From: Paraspadella gotoi | Lineage: Eukaryota > Animalia > Chaetognatha | Length of the DNA stretch: 64,000 nt | Direction: 5' to 3' | Assembly: GCA_051294375.1 (NCBI GenBank) | Contig: CM119267.1 | Span: 23,251,486 to 23,315,485, forward strand | Shown here: positions 37,699-47,848 of the stretch, one piece after another | Position numbering within the stretch: the stretch's first letter is position 1 | Layout of the letters: every line of letters begins with the position of its first letter | The notes under the pieces: generated by a model | Told to the model about the DNA's origin: nothing | What the model saw: the letters and a program-made list of their open reading frames with translations, nothing else | The model's database searches: none | Made by a program: the position numbers and the translations under genes

Positions 37699-39750
37699 AT
37701 GCTGTATCCGTCTCCGGCGGAAGTGGAGAGACTCCTCGTCCTCTTCCCGGATCCGGAGGCGAGGATTCTCTCCTTCGTCGGACCCCACGCCGCCGTCCAC
37801 GCCGCCTCCTTGCCACGAGTCCGCCTCGAGGCCAAAACCGGCGGCCGACGCTTTAGGTGCGGTATCGATTTAGGTAAGCGATAAAAATGGGCGTGGTCGG
37901 ACCTGCCGGAAATAATCTAGTGTATAAAAAAAATATGAAAGGTGCTTATTACACGGTCACGCATTCGTTAAATACGAAAAGATTTGTTTTCTGGATATTT
38001 AATAGTATGTGAAATAAAAATCTGTCACGATCGATTATATGAAAGTTTCTGTGTATTTAATGTATGTATTATCAATTCTGATATTTGTTTTCAAACCGCG
38101 CCGCTCAGCTTGGCCTTTCGCCTTCACTTCCACCGCCACCGCCACCGAACCCGACTCCGCCCGTCGGAACGCCTTTCTCGCCGCTTGCAAGACTCTGTCG
38201 CAATTGGGGCTGTTGGACGCCAGAAAGGACGCCGAAGCGGAACGGCGTCGCTTCAAGCGGGCGCTCACTCACGATCTCTATCGCGCCGGGTGGCACCGGG
38301 CTCGGAAAGTAGGTTTTATTTAGTAATGTATATTATATATATATTATAAAAAAAACTTTCCTATAAAGGTTAGCGTAGACATCCAGTCGTCGTTAGAATC
38401 CCCTTCGTCAGCCGCTGCTTCAATCGCTCCCCCGCCCTTCGATAGGGAGTTTGCAGAATTCGTCGCCGACGCGGCAGCGCAGCGCGCGTGCCGAGGCGGT
38501 GTTTGGCGATGCAAGATTAAACTGGACTGGCCTAAACGAGTCGCTGTGGAGGCCGAGGGACTAACTCAGGTTTCTTGACTTTTATTCGAAGATAAACTAG
38601 TCGAAATAAAATAGCGGAGGTTGGAATTTTTAGTAAGAAAATAATTGATTTCAGTAATATCTTCTTTTTATTTTCTCCCAACAAGTCCGATGCTGAACGC
38701 AACGCCTCTGTCATGGCCTGCCTGGACCTCCGCATAAACCGCGCCTTTGACGCTTCTCTCCGGTTAGAATCTTTCAAGAGGCTTCGTAAACGCAGCGCCG
38801 CCCGCCACGTGCACGCCGCTTTGCCCCCGAAGCGGCCCGACTTTCTTCTCTGGACTGACGCCAGCGAGCGTGGCTATGGAGCTTACTATTGCCGCGCCGA
38901 TGCCGGCACCGCCCCCGCCGGCGAGCGGACCTGGTTATACCAACCCTGGCCCCACGCCATCGCCGAGTCGTATCTGGACGACGTGACTCACATCCTCGAA
39001 TTCTACGCCACCGTCTCCGCGATCTACACATGGGCGCGCCTTTTCCGAAGGGCATCGGTGCTTGTGCATTCTGACTCTTCCTCCGTCGTCCAGTACGTGA
39101 GGGAGGGAATCCCTGCTGCGGGAGGTGGAGGCGGAGGCGGAGAGGCGGGGCTGCGGTACGTGGATCGAGGCGGAAACGAGGGACTGAGCGACGAAGTTTT
39201 CGTCATGCATCTCCACTCGTTTCTGTGAGTTTTGAAGGAAAGAGATGGTTGGAGGTTTATCTTTGTTTTAATGAGCAATATTTACTGAGGAGAGCTGACC
39301 TCGGTCCTTCATCGGTGGCTTATAGTTTGTTCGGATATGATTTCTTATGGCCTGCAGTAATCGCTAATAAAAATGGATCAAATTTAAAAGTTTACAAAAA
39401 ATCATGCCAGAATGGTTTGTGATCGTTTTGTTTTAAGTACAAAGTTTTTTTTTGAACTTATCTATTTTCACATTACATTAATATCAAAATATTCTCCCCT
39501 GTACAATGTACATACCCGCATTGTACACATCCGCAGCTACAAAACCAAGTGCGCCTTCGACATCGGGTTGGACGCGGTGCATGTGAATCGTGAGGAGAAC
39601 CGATGCGCGGACTCCCTCGCCCGGCTTGAGCCCGAGGAGTTTCGGTTGATGGAGGGCCGTCGATCTATCTTGTCCAAACGCGCCAAGCAACTATTGTTCT
39701 TGCCCGTCTTTCAAATGTTTTCCCCCTTTGCCCAGACTTGTACCAGTTGA
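37699..39750 (+). CDS. Two DHX30-like dsRNA-binding domains fused to DIRS/Ty3-type RNase H (about 440 aa)
   Basis: Exons 37699-37873, 38109-38308, 38369-38569, 38686-39224 and 39537-39750 join in frame with GT-AG ends. Repeats FRCGIDLAWP...ARRNAFLAACKTLSQLGLLD and WRCKIKLDWP...EAEGLTQSDAERNASVMACLDL. RNase H motifs LWTDAS..GYGA, ILEFYA, VHSDS, AVHV..EEN.CADSLAR. The start codon is uncertain. Confidence 0.8.
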
Positions 39751-39820
39751 AGAATTTATTTATTTTTCTACTCATTCTTGATTGTTTTTCTGATGTTTTT
39801 ATTTTCAGGCAATTAAAAAA

Positions 39821-42300
39821 ATGAGTTATCCGCCGTACGGAGGAGGAGGATATCCCCCGGCTCCTGGGGGCTATCCGCCTCAGCCAGGATATCCGGGACA
39901 ACCTCAGGGAATGCCTCAACCCGGTGAGTTGGTGAAGATTAAATTAAATTGTTTCGCAACGAAACTTTCTGCTTTTCATTAGGCTATCCGCCTCAACCCG
40001 GTTACCCACCCCAAATGGGAGGTGGCGGCGGGGGCATCGGCTTCGAAGCAACCGCGACGGGTGGTGCCCCTCAGCACGGAGGCTATCCTCCGGCCGCGGG
40101 GGGATATCAGCCTGCGCCTGCAGGTTCTCCCTACGGACAGCCCCAACCTGGCGGCTACGGAGCTCCCCAACCGGGCTTCGGAGGGCCACCTCAACCAGGT
40201 TACGGGGCGCCGCCCCAACAACCGCCCTACGGTGCTCCGCCTCAGCAACCTGGTTACGGAGGTCCGCAACCAGGCTACGGAGCGCCGCCGCAACAACCCG
40301 GTTACGGTGCTCAACCTCAGTACGGCGGAGCGGCGGGAGGTATAAAAACAAGACGCTTAGTATTCTTTTTTACTTTTTATTATCAACTGGACCCATCATA
40401 TATTTAACATGTTTTCTATCTATTTGTCAGGCTATGGTCAACCCCAGCCTCCATACGGCGGTGGCGGCGGACCCGCTTATCCGTCCGCCCAGCCAGGTCC
40501 GCCCAACCCTCCTGCGCAAGCCTACCCGGGAGCCCAACAGCAACCCGTACCGCCGCCTCAGAGTAGCCTCTACCCGTCGGGTTTGGGTGCCGCGGCGCCT
40601 GCGTCGTCTCCCAAGCCGTCGCCGCGCTCGTCCCCGGCGCCGACCCCGCGGGCGCCAACTTTCCAGGGCACCGTCCGCACCGACCCGCGCCTCAACGCCC
40701 AGAACGAGGCAGAGGTTGGTCTTAGGACAGGAGAAATGTATTGTATCGGATCTGTCGTAAATAAAAAAAAGATTGTGAGGGTGCATGGTGATTGGTGAAC
40801 TGGTGATTAATTATGTCTATATTCAAAACAGGTGCTCCGCAAGGCCATGAAGGGATTCGGCACAGACGAGAAAGCCATTATCTCTGTCCTCGCGCGTCTC
40901 TCCAACGCGGATAGACAAAAGGTCGCCATCGCCTTCAAGCAGATGTACGGCAAGGATCTCATCTCTGACCTCAAGTCCGAACTTGGCGGAAAACTGGAGA
41001 AAGTAGGAGATTTTAATGGGGTTTTTTACTCCAGTTTTATTTTATTTTCTTATTGATTATTATGTAAATATTTATTCACCATTCTCTAAATTTCAGGTGG
41101 TCCTCGCCCTCCTAACACCGACCTCGTTCTATGACGCCCGTGAGTTGCGCGCCGCCATGAGGGGCCTCGGGACGGACGAGGCCTGCCTCATCGAGATTCT
41201 CGCCTCTCGCACCAACGAGCAAATCCACGCCATCAAGTCCGCCTATAAGACGGAGATGAAGCGCGACCTGGAGGCCGACATCATGAGCGAGACGTCGGGC
41301 CACTTCAAGCGTCTGTTGGTGTCTCTGTGCACGGGCGGGCGGGACGAGACTTCGTCGCCGGATCGGGCCAGGGCGCAGGTTTGTTTTAACGATGATGTAT
41401 GTTCAATTTGTCGACACCATTTGGTTAAAATCATTTACAATTGTTGACAAACAGGCGGACGCTAAGCTCCTGTACCAGGCGGGTGCCGGACGCCTGGGAA
41501 CCGACGAGTCCTCCTTTAACCGCGTCATCTGCGCCCAGAGCATGGCACAGCTTCAACTGGTCTTCGATGAATACCACAGGGCCATGGGCAAAAGCATCGA
41601 GCAGGCCATCAAAAGCGAAATGTCTGGGGATCTGGAATCGGGATTCTTGGCCGTCGTCCAGTGCATGAAGGATCGTCCGGAGTACTTTGCCACTCGACTT
41701 TATAAATCCATGAAGGTGAGTTGCTTTGTCCCTTTTTTGTTTTTTAGATTATAAGATTAAGGGATTTGTCAATGGCCCAGGTTATTGCGCAATTATTGCT
41801 TTATTCTTGCTTCGCCATTGCATAATATTTTTACGTATTTTTATTGTTTCCTAGTTTTTCATATAAGCAATTCGGTAGTCGTCATTTGGTTTCAAGTTCT
41901 ATTTTTTTGATTGGTAGGCATGTGTATGTATGTGATTTATTATCATTCGATTCGTTGTGTTTGATCGAAATAGTAAACGAAAACAAATTTTTGTCGTTGT
42001 TGTCGCCCAAAAATTTTGTTATGAACGTTTTTCGTTTCAGGGCGCGGGAACGGACGATCGGACATTGATCAGAGTCGTCGTTTCTCGTTGCGAGGTGGAC
42101 ATGGTGCAGATTAAGGAGGCCTTCCAGAGAAAATACGGAAAGTCTCTCATACAGGTGAGAAAAATCTAGGTCCCCGTTGCATTTTCGTGTATTAATCCTA
42201 AATATATAAAATTATATTTTACATTGCATTTTCTCATTAGTTCATAAAGGACGATTGCTCGGGCGACTACGAAAGAATCCTGGTGGCCCTTGTCAGCTAA
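39821..42300 (+). CDS. Annexin with long GYP/Q-rich N-terminus (ANXA7/A11-like)
   Basis: Exons 39821-39923, 39983-40339, 40431-40714, 40832-41002, 41097-41378, 41455-41715, 42041-42154, 42241-42300. Four repeats: [30 protein letters not shown]. Confidence 0.96.
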
Positions 42301-43345
42301 ACATTGTTGCGTCTCTCGGTGACGACTCTTTAAGCGCGCGAATAACATCTCTAGTCATTAGCCAATCGTCTTGTCCGTAACTAAAACGAAACGGATGATG
42401 CAAAAGAGACAAACTGAAACAAAATAAAACAAACTTTACTCAAAAATTATTGAGCTTTTTTCTTATTTTAGCTTGGTGGAGCAGGTTTTTTTTCCCCCTT
42501 TTTTGGATGTACAGCTTGAAGTATCAAGTTTGCATGCGACATTTGTAATTTTCTTCGAGATTTTACTTTATCAATCTTGACGCTGTTGAGGAACATTTAA
42601 AATAGTTTTTCCCAGAAAAGGCAGTATATACTTATAGAAAAAAATGTAGCCTTTCGAATCATTTTTAACAATTGCGCTTATTTTCTAATACTTGCAGCTT
42701 TTGTCCTGTGATTCCTGTATTCAATTTTTAGAAACTAGGAATTTATTTGAAAACAGTGTTTTTGCACTGTATCTTTACAGCAAGTAACCAAATATATACA
42801 AACTATAAACCGTATATAGCGTCAAAACCTCCGTTATCTATTTTTCAAAAAAATTTCGTCTCATTTGTTAGATTTGTCTACGCTACTTCGTCAGTATTTA
42901 AAAAATATATTTTCATGTTATCTTCATTAATGTTTTAACTTCGTATTTTTTTCGACAATCAAATACGTGTTTCCCTTTGTTGTGCTTTCTTTCAATCATG
43001 GAGTTAAATTTTCATGGCCATTTTTTATTTGAAAATGTCCTTAGTATACGCTAAAAATACAAACAAGTGGAATCCCTCAGGTTTTTCATTTATGTAGCAG
43101 ATTGATATTTAACGAACGTATTTCTGGTTTATGTATGGAGCTAGTTAAATAGATTGGCATTAAAACATAAGTAAATTGGCTACTGTTAATTGTTCGTCCA
43201 AAGTCAGAAGCTACCAACTGACTGACGAAGGACCCCACTTATATTTTTCTTTGTTTAATATTCGCTTCTTTTCGTTTTAAGGTCATTTAAATTAACAAGA
43301 CTAATTATTCACTGTCACATCGTGATTCACTTTTTCCAAATAAAA

Positions 43346-44806
43346 ATGGCGGACGACGATTGGGCGAAAGCCGTTGATTCCCAAGAGTTCAAACTGACGG
43401 ACATCGCGGCCTCCCTTCCCGCAACGACCCTTCCCGCCAAAGCCTCGCCGGCGCCCGTCGCCGCGCCGAAGAAAGCATCGCCCGACGCGTCCGAATGGGA
43501 CGAGGCGGAGCCTGAGCCCGACGCCGGCGAGCTCTCTCTCCTCAACAAGAAAGTTCGGACGAAACTTCATCAACTGAAGGGCGACTCGGTGGAGATCCAG
43601 CGTAAGGATCCCAACTCTCCTCTCTACTCTGTCAAGACCTTCGAGGACATGCATCTCAAGCCCGAGATCCTTAAAGGGATCTTTGCTATGGGCTTCAATC
43701 ATCCCTCGAAGATTCAGGAGACGGCCATCCCGTCGCTGCTCGCCGATCCGCCCATCAACATGATCGCCCAGTCTCAATCCGGGACGGGAAAAACGGCCGC
43801 CTTCTCCGTCACCATTCTGAGCAGGGTCGACAACGCCGTCCAATACCCGCAGGCCTTGCTTCTCTCGCCGACCTACGAGTTGGCCTTGCAGACGGGAAAG
43901 GTCATCGAGGAGATGGCCAAGTACTATCCCAATCTAAAGATCGCCTACGCCGTTCGCGGCAATATGCAGCCGCGCGGCACGAAGCTCACGCATCAAATCG
44001 TCATCGGGACGCCGGGAACCACACTGGATTGGGCCTTGAAGTTCAAGCATTTCGACATGAAGAAGATAAAGGTCTTCGTCTTGGACGAGGCTGACGTCAT
44101 GATCGACACTCAGGGTCATCACGATCAATCCATCCGTCTTCACCGCATGTTGCCAAAGACAGGCTGTCAACAGTTGCTCTTTAGCGCCACCTATTCGCCG
44201 GAAGTGATCACCTTCGCGGAAAAGGTCGTCGATAATCCCCTCATCATCCGTCTTCGTCGCGAGGAGGAGAGCTTGGACAATATCCGTCAGTACTACATCA
44301 AGTGCAATGACAGCAATCAAAAGTACAATGCTATCGCCAACATTTACGGCACCATCACCATCGGGCAAGCCATCATCTTTTGCCACACTAAAAAGTCGGC
44401 CAAGTGGTTGGCTACCAAGCTGACCGAGGACGGCCACCGCGTGGCCCTGCTCAGCGGCGAGCTGGACATCGAGCAACGTGCGGCGGTGATCAACCGATTC
44501 CGCTTGGGTAACGAGAAGATCCTCATCACGACCAACGTCTCGGCTCGCGGGATCGACGTGGCCCAAGTCACCGTCGTCATCAACTACGATCTCCCGATCG
44601 TCCACGAGACGAAGCGAGTCGACTTCGAGACCTACCTTCACCGCATCGGGCGCACGGGCCGCTTCGGCAAGCGCGGCCTCGCCATCAACATGATCGATAG
44701 TCACAAGAGCATGGACGATCTCCAGAGGATCGTGGAACATTTCGGAAAGAAGATCGAACTCTTGGACGCCGAAGACGTCGACGAGCTCGAGAAGTTGGAG
44801 CAGTAG
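43346..44806 (+). CDS. DDX19: DEAD-box mRNA-export helicase DDX19/Dbp5
   Basis: Intronless. DPNSPLYSVKTFE, AQSQSGTGKTAAF, PTYELA, DEAD, SAT, HRIGRTGRFG. Confidence 0.96.
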   Translation: MADDDWAKAVDSQEFKLTDIAASLPATTLPAKASPAPVAAPKKASPDASEWDEAEPEPDAGELSLLNKKVRTKLHQLKGDSVEIQRKDPNSPLYSVKTFEDMHLKPEILKGIFAMGFNHPSKIQETAIPSLLADPPINMIAQSQSGTGKTAAFSVTILSRVDNAVQYPQALLLSPTYELALQTGKVIEEMAKYYPNLKIAYAVRGNMQPRGTKLTHQIVIGTPGTTLDWALKFKHFDMKKIKVFVLDEADVMIDTQGHHDQSIRLHRMLPKTGCQQLLFSATYSPEVITFAEKVVDNPLIIRLRREEESLDNIRQYYIKCNDSNQKYNAIANIYGTITIGQAIIFCHTKKSAKWLATKLTEDGHRVALLSGELDIEQRAAVINRFRLGNEKILITTNVSARGIDVAQVTVVINYDLPIVHETKRVDFETYLHRIGRTGRFGKRGLAINMIDSHKSMDDLQRIVEHFGKKIELLDAEDVDELEKLEQ

Positions 44807-45029
44807 TCGGTTTCGGCAGTCGGAACNNNNNNNNNNTTTTTTTTTTTCACGTATTGATAGGACCACAATTTCGTTTTGGATGATAAAAAAAAATCCAATT
44901 TATGTTTACCGCTTCCTCGGTGTCTTATTATTCGTTGTTAAAATAATAAGTAGTTTTGTCCATTTTTCAGGAGAAAAAACTACTCAAACGAGAAAACAAA
45001 AGACAAAAAAAACCAAAAAAAGAAAGAAA

Positions 45030-46667
45030 ATGAATCGTAAATCGTTCAGTCCGGTCCTGCTCGGACTCGATTCATCTTTTCGACTGACCAAGTTTTCGGA
45101 TCTCAAAGGATGATTGTCCAAACTCCCTCGGGAGTTTCTCTTCAAACTCCTAGAGGGACTGGACGCGGCCAGCGATGAGTCCGACGAGCTTTCTCGGGAG
45201 GCGCCGGCTTCTCGCCCGCGATCCCGCGACCGTGGACTCGATTGCTGCGTCACCAAATTGCGATACGGCGGACTCTTGCTCATCCAGACCACCGACTTCT
45301 TTTATCCGCTCATCGACGATCCATACGTTCAGGGTGAGTTCGAATCAAAATGTGAAGCAATTGCGTTTCAGAAATAATAATATAAGAGAATAACAATATA
45401 TTATGGCAACAGAGGGACATGTGCGATGCCTGGGGTGTGAGGCATCTCCCGACAGCTGGCGCTCAGGGCTTTGGACCTGCAGTGACCACCCCATGTCACT
45501 GGCGTGTTTATGCCGACACCATCACACTTTAACCAGCGTGACCGTGAGGGGATTGAACCCGGAACTCACGGTTGGTGAACGAGTACTTAGCTGTCCAAGC
45601 CAATGGGACGAGCTGAGTTTCACCAAGCTATACGGGAGGCGAATTTGGGATTCACCACAATATCTAGTTTTGCTCATTAAAAAAAATGATTTAATTAGAA
45701 CTTGTCGAGACCCATCTAGTCTTCCATCAGTCACTCATCGATCTCTATTCAGGTCGCATCGCCTGCGCCAACGTTCTCTCCGATCTCTATTCCGTCGGCC
45801 TCCAGACGATCGACCACGTGGGTCTCTTGTGCAGCATCCCTCTCCGCATGACAGAGAAGGAGCGCGACGCCGTCTTGACGGAACTCTTGCGCGGTTTCGT
45901 CCACTGCGCGACAGAGGCCGGTGCTGAAGTCCAGGGCGGCCAAATGATCAACAATCCCTGGCTCTCGCTGGGCGGGATGGCGTCTACGATCGCTCGGCGC
46001 GGAGAACTCGTTCCGCCAAACGGCGCCGTCGCCGGCGACGTCCTAGTCCTGACCAAACCGTTGGGCACCCTGGTGGCTCTCAACACTTATCTCTGGCTGG
46101 ACAGAATGAAGGACCGACTCTCCCGCGTCAAAACTGTCATTAGCGACGACGAGATCGTCAAGGCTTACGAACGCGCCGTCGAGTCGATGCTTCGACTAAA
46201 CAAAATCGCCGCCGGTCTCATGCACAAGTACCATGCCCACGCCGCTACCGACGTCTCGGGCTACGGCCTTTTGGGCCACGCCAAGAATCTCGCCAAAGGT
46301 TAAGACGGATTTAGTTCTTGGGGCATGTTAAATTCAATGATCCTCATTGAACTCTTTATTTATTTTAGTTCAAAAGAACGAAGTCTCGTTGGTTATTCAC
46401 AATCTGCCGGTATTTGCCAAGATGGCCGCCGTGTCGCGCGCTTGCGGCAACCAGTTCGGCCTGACACTTGGCACCGCGGCGGAGTCGAGCGGCGGTCTGC
46501 TCATCGCCATAGGAAGAGAAGACGCTGCGGCTTTTTGCAAAGAGATCGAGAAGGTGGAAGGGCAACCCGCGTGGATCGTGGGAATCGTGGAAAGAGGAGA
46601 TCGAACGGCGAGACTCATCGACAAACCAAGGATCATCGATATTCCGATGAAGGAAGAGTCGAGATAA
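45030..46667 (+). CDS. SEPHS2: Selenophosphate synthetase, Sec-containing (SPS2 type)
   Basis: Exons 45030-45333, 45753-46298, 46369-46667. [13 protein letters not shown](45111-45113)-LSK at the Sec position, [55 protein letters not shown] in the 3' UTR. Confidence 0.93.
45120..45137 (+). promoter_or_regulatory. SRE-like hairpin downstream of Sec codon
   Basis: AAACTCC-CTCG-GGAGTTT, a 7-bp stem starting 6 nt after the UGA. Confidence 0.5.
45405..45660 (-). mobile_element. tRNA-related SINE-like insertion in SPS2 intron 1
   Basis: GC-rich block in an AT-rich intron, with minus-strand B box GGTTCAATCCC (45559-45549) inside an ACCGTGAG/CTCACGGT stem. Confidence 0.5.
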
Positions 46668-46822
46668 CCGAAAAAAAAAAGACTTTATTAAAAATTATGG
46701 TCACGATGACTCGATTGTCCATGCAGTAAGCTTCTTCCAAAGATTTTTTTTGTTTTATTAGTTATATTTTTTGTTATTTGTATATTTTCGTTCGTACTTT
46801 TTATTATTTCGAATTGTTCGTA

Positions 46823-46892
46823 GCCGATTCCCATGACGTTTTTCGAGGAAAGCCTCTCGGCCCTCGGACGAACCGACGACTTTTGAATCGGC
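46823..46892 (+). promoter_or_regulatory. Type II SECIS element
   Basis: Helix I GCCGATTC/GAATCGGC, core ATGA (46833) with GA (46875), 11-bp helix II, apical AAA (46849-46851), mini-stem GCC-TCTC-GGC. Confidence 0.9.
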
Positions 46893-46981
46893 GCGATCTT
46901 TTCCAGTTCGTTTGACCTTTTGATATTAACATTTTTTTTTCTTTCGTAGGTCACAGTTACAATATCATAATATTATATCCG

Positions 46982-47629
46982 ATGTCATTTCCTTTTTTAC
47001 GCCTCGATGAAGACGAAAACGAGCGTAGCGAATCGAGCGATTCGCCGACCAAGCGCCCGTGTCGAACTTGCACCGACTTTCAATCTTGGATGAAGACCAA
47101 CCGCGCCGCCGCTCGACGCAGAGTTTCTCGCCCGTCCTCCAAAGCCGACAATTCCCCGATCGGCGGGGATCCGTCCGGCGATCCCGACCGACCGGACGAG
47201 CGCAACCGATCGGACAACAACAATCCCGATCCCGCTTTCGTCTACACGGCGGCGGACCTCGACGATTTCCAGCTCGACAGTCCCGGCGCCAATTGCCCGC
47301 TCGATCGGACGGAACTGGGCAAGAACACCTGGTCCTTTCTCCACACCATGGCGGCCTATTATCCCGACAAACCCAGCGAAGAAACGCAGAAGGACATGAA
47401 GGATTTCATTCGTTTATTCTCCAAATTCTTTCCCTGCGAAGATTGCGCCAAAGACTTGAGGAGCGAGATCGCCGTCTTGACTCCCGACGCGTCGAGTCGA
47501 ACCTCGCTGTCCGACTGGTTTTGCAGACTGCACAACATCGTCAACGTGAAATTGGGAAAACCAGAGTTCGACTGCTCCCGCGTGGAAGAGAGATGGAGGG
47601 ACGGATGGAAGGACGGAACGTGCGACTGA
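46982..47629 (+). CDS. GFER: FAD-linked sulfhydryl oxidase ERV1/ALR
   Basis: Intronless. PCRTCTDF shuttle motif, [54 protein letters not shown]. Confidence 0.97.
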   Translation: MSFPFLRLDEDENERSESSDSPTKRPCRTCTDFQSWMKTNRAAARRRVSRPSSKADNSPIGGDPSGDPDRPDERNRSDNNNPDPAFVYTAADLDDFQLDSPGANCPLDRTELGKNTWSFLHTMAAYYPDKPSEETQKDMKDFIRLFSKFFPCEDCAKDLRSEIAVLTPDASSRTSLSDWFCRLHNIVNVKLGKPEFDCSRVEERWRDGWKDGTCD

Positions 47630-47848
47630 ATCCGATACATTCCCTCATTTGTTAAGCTTTTGCAATCTAGTCTGGACCCTTCGATTATATTTCTATCTTC
47701 CTCTTTCTTCGTTGCGACTTTAAAAAAAATATATATATTTTTCGTTTTAGGGAATTATTTTTTCGACTCGGATATATATCGAAATAAGTAATACGCAATT
47801 TACTCATACTAATAATATAAATAATATTTTTCGCATTCACCGTTCGAG

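Noticed and set aside
38686-39750. Intact DIRS retrotransposon
   Set aside because: No RT, gag, tyrosine recombinase or terminal repeats seen, and the RNase H is interrupted by a spliceosomal intron
43301-44866. Long antisense ORFs opposite DDX19 (also opposite cyclin L, POMGNT1-like and NUP160)
   Set aside because: Expected shadows of GC-rich codon usage, with no recognisable motifs
45111-45113. Premature stop suggesting an SPS pseudogene
   Set aside because: The TGA is at the Sec position, the rest of the frame is intact and a SECIS is present
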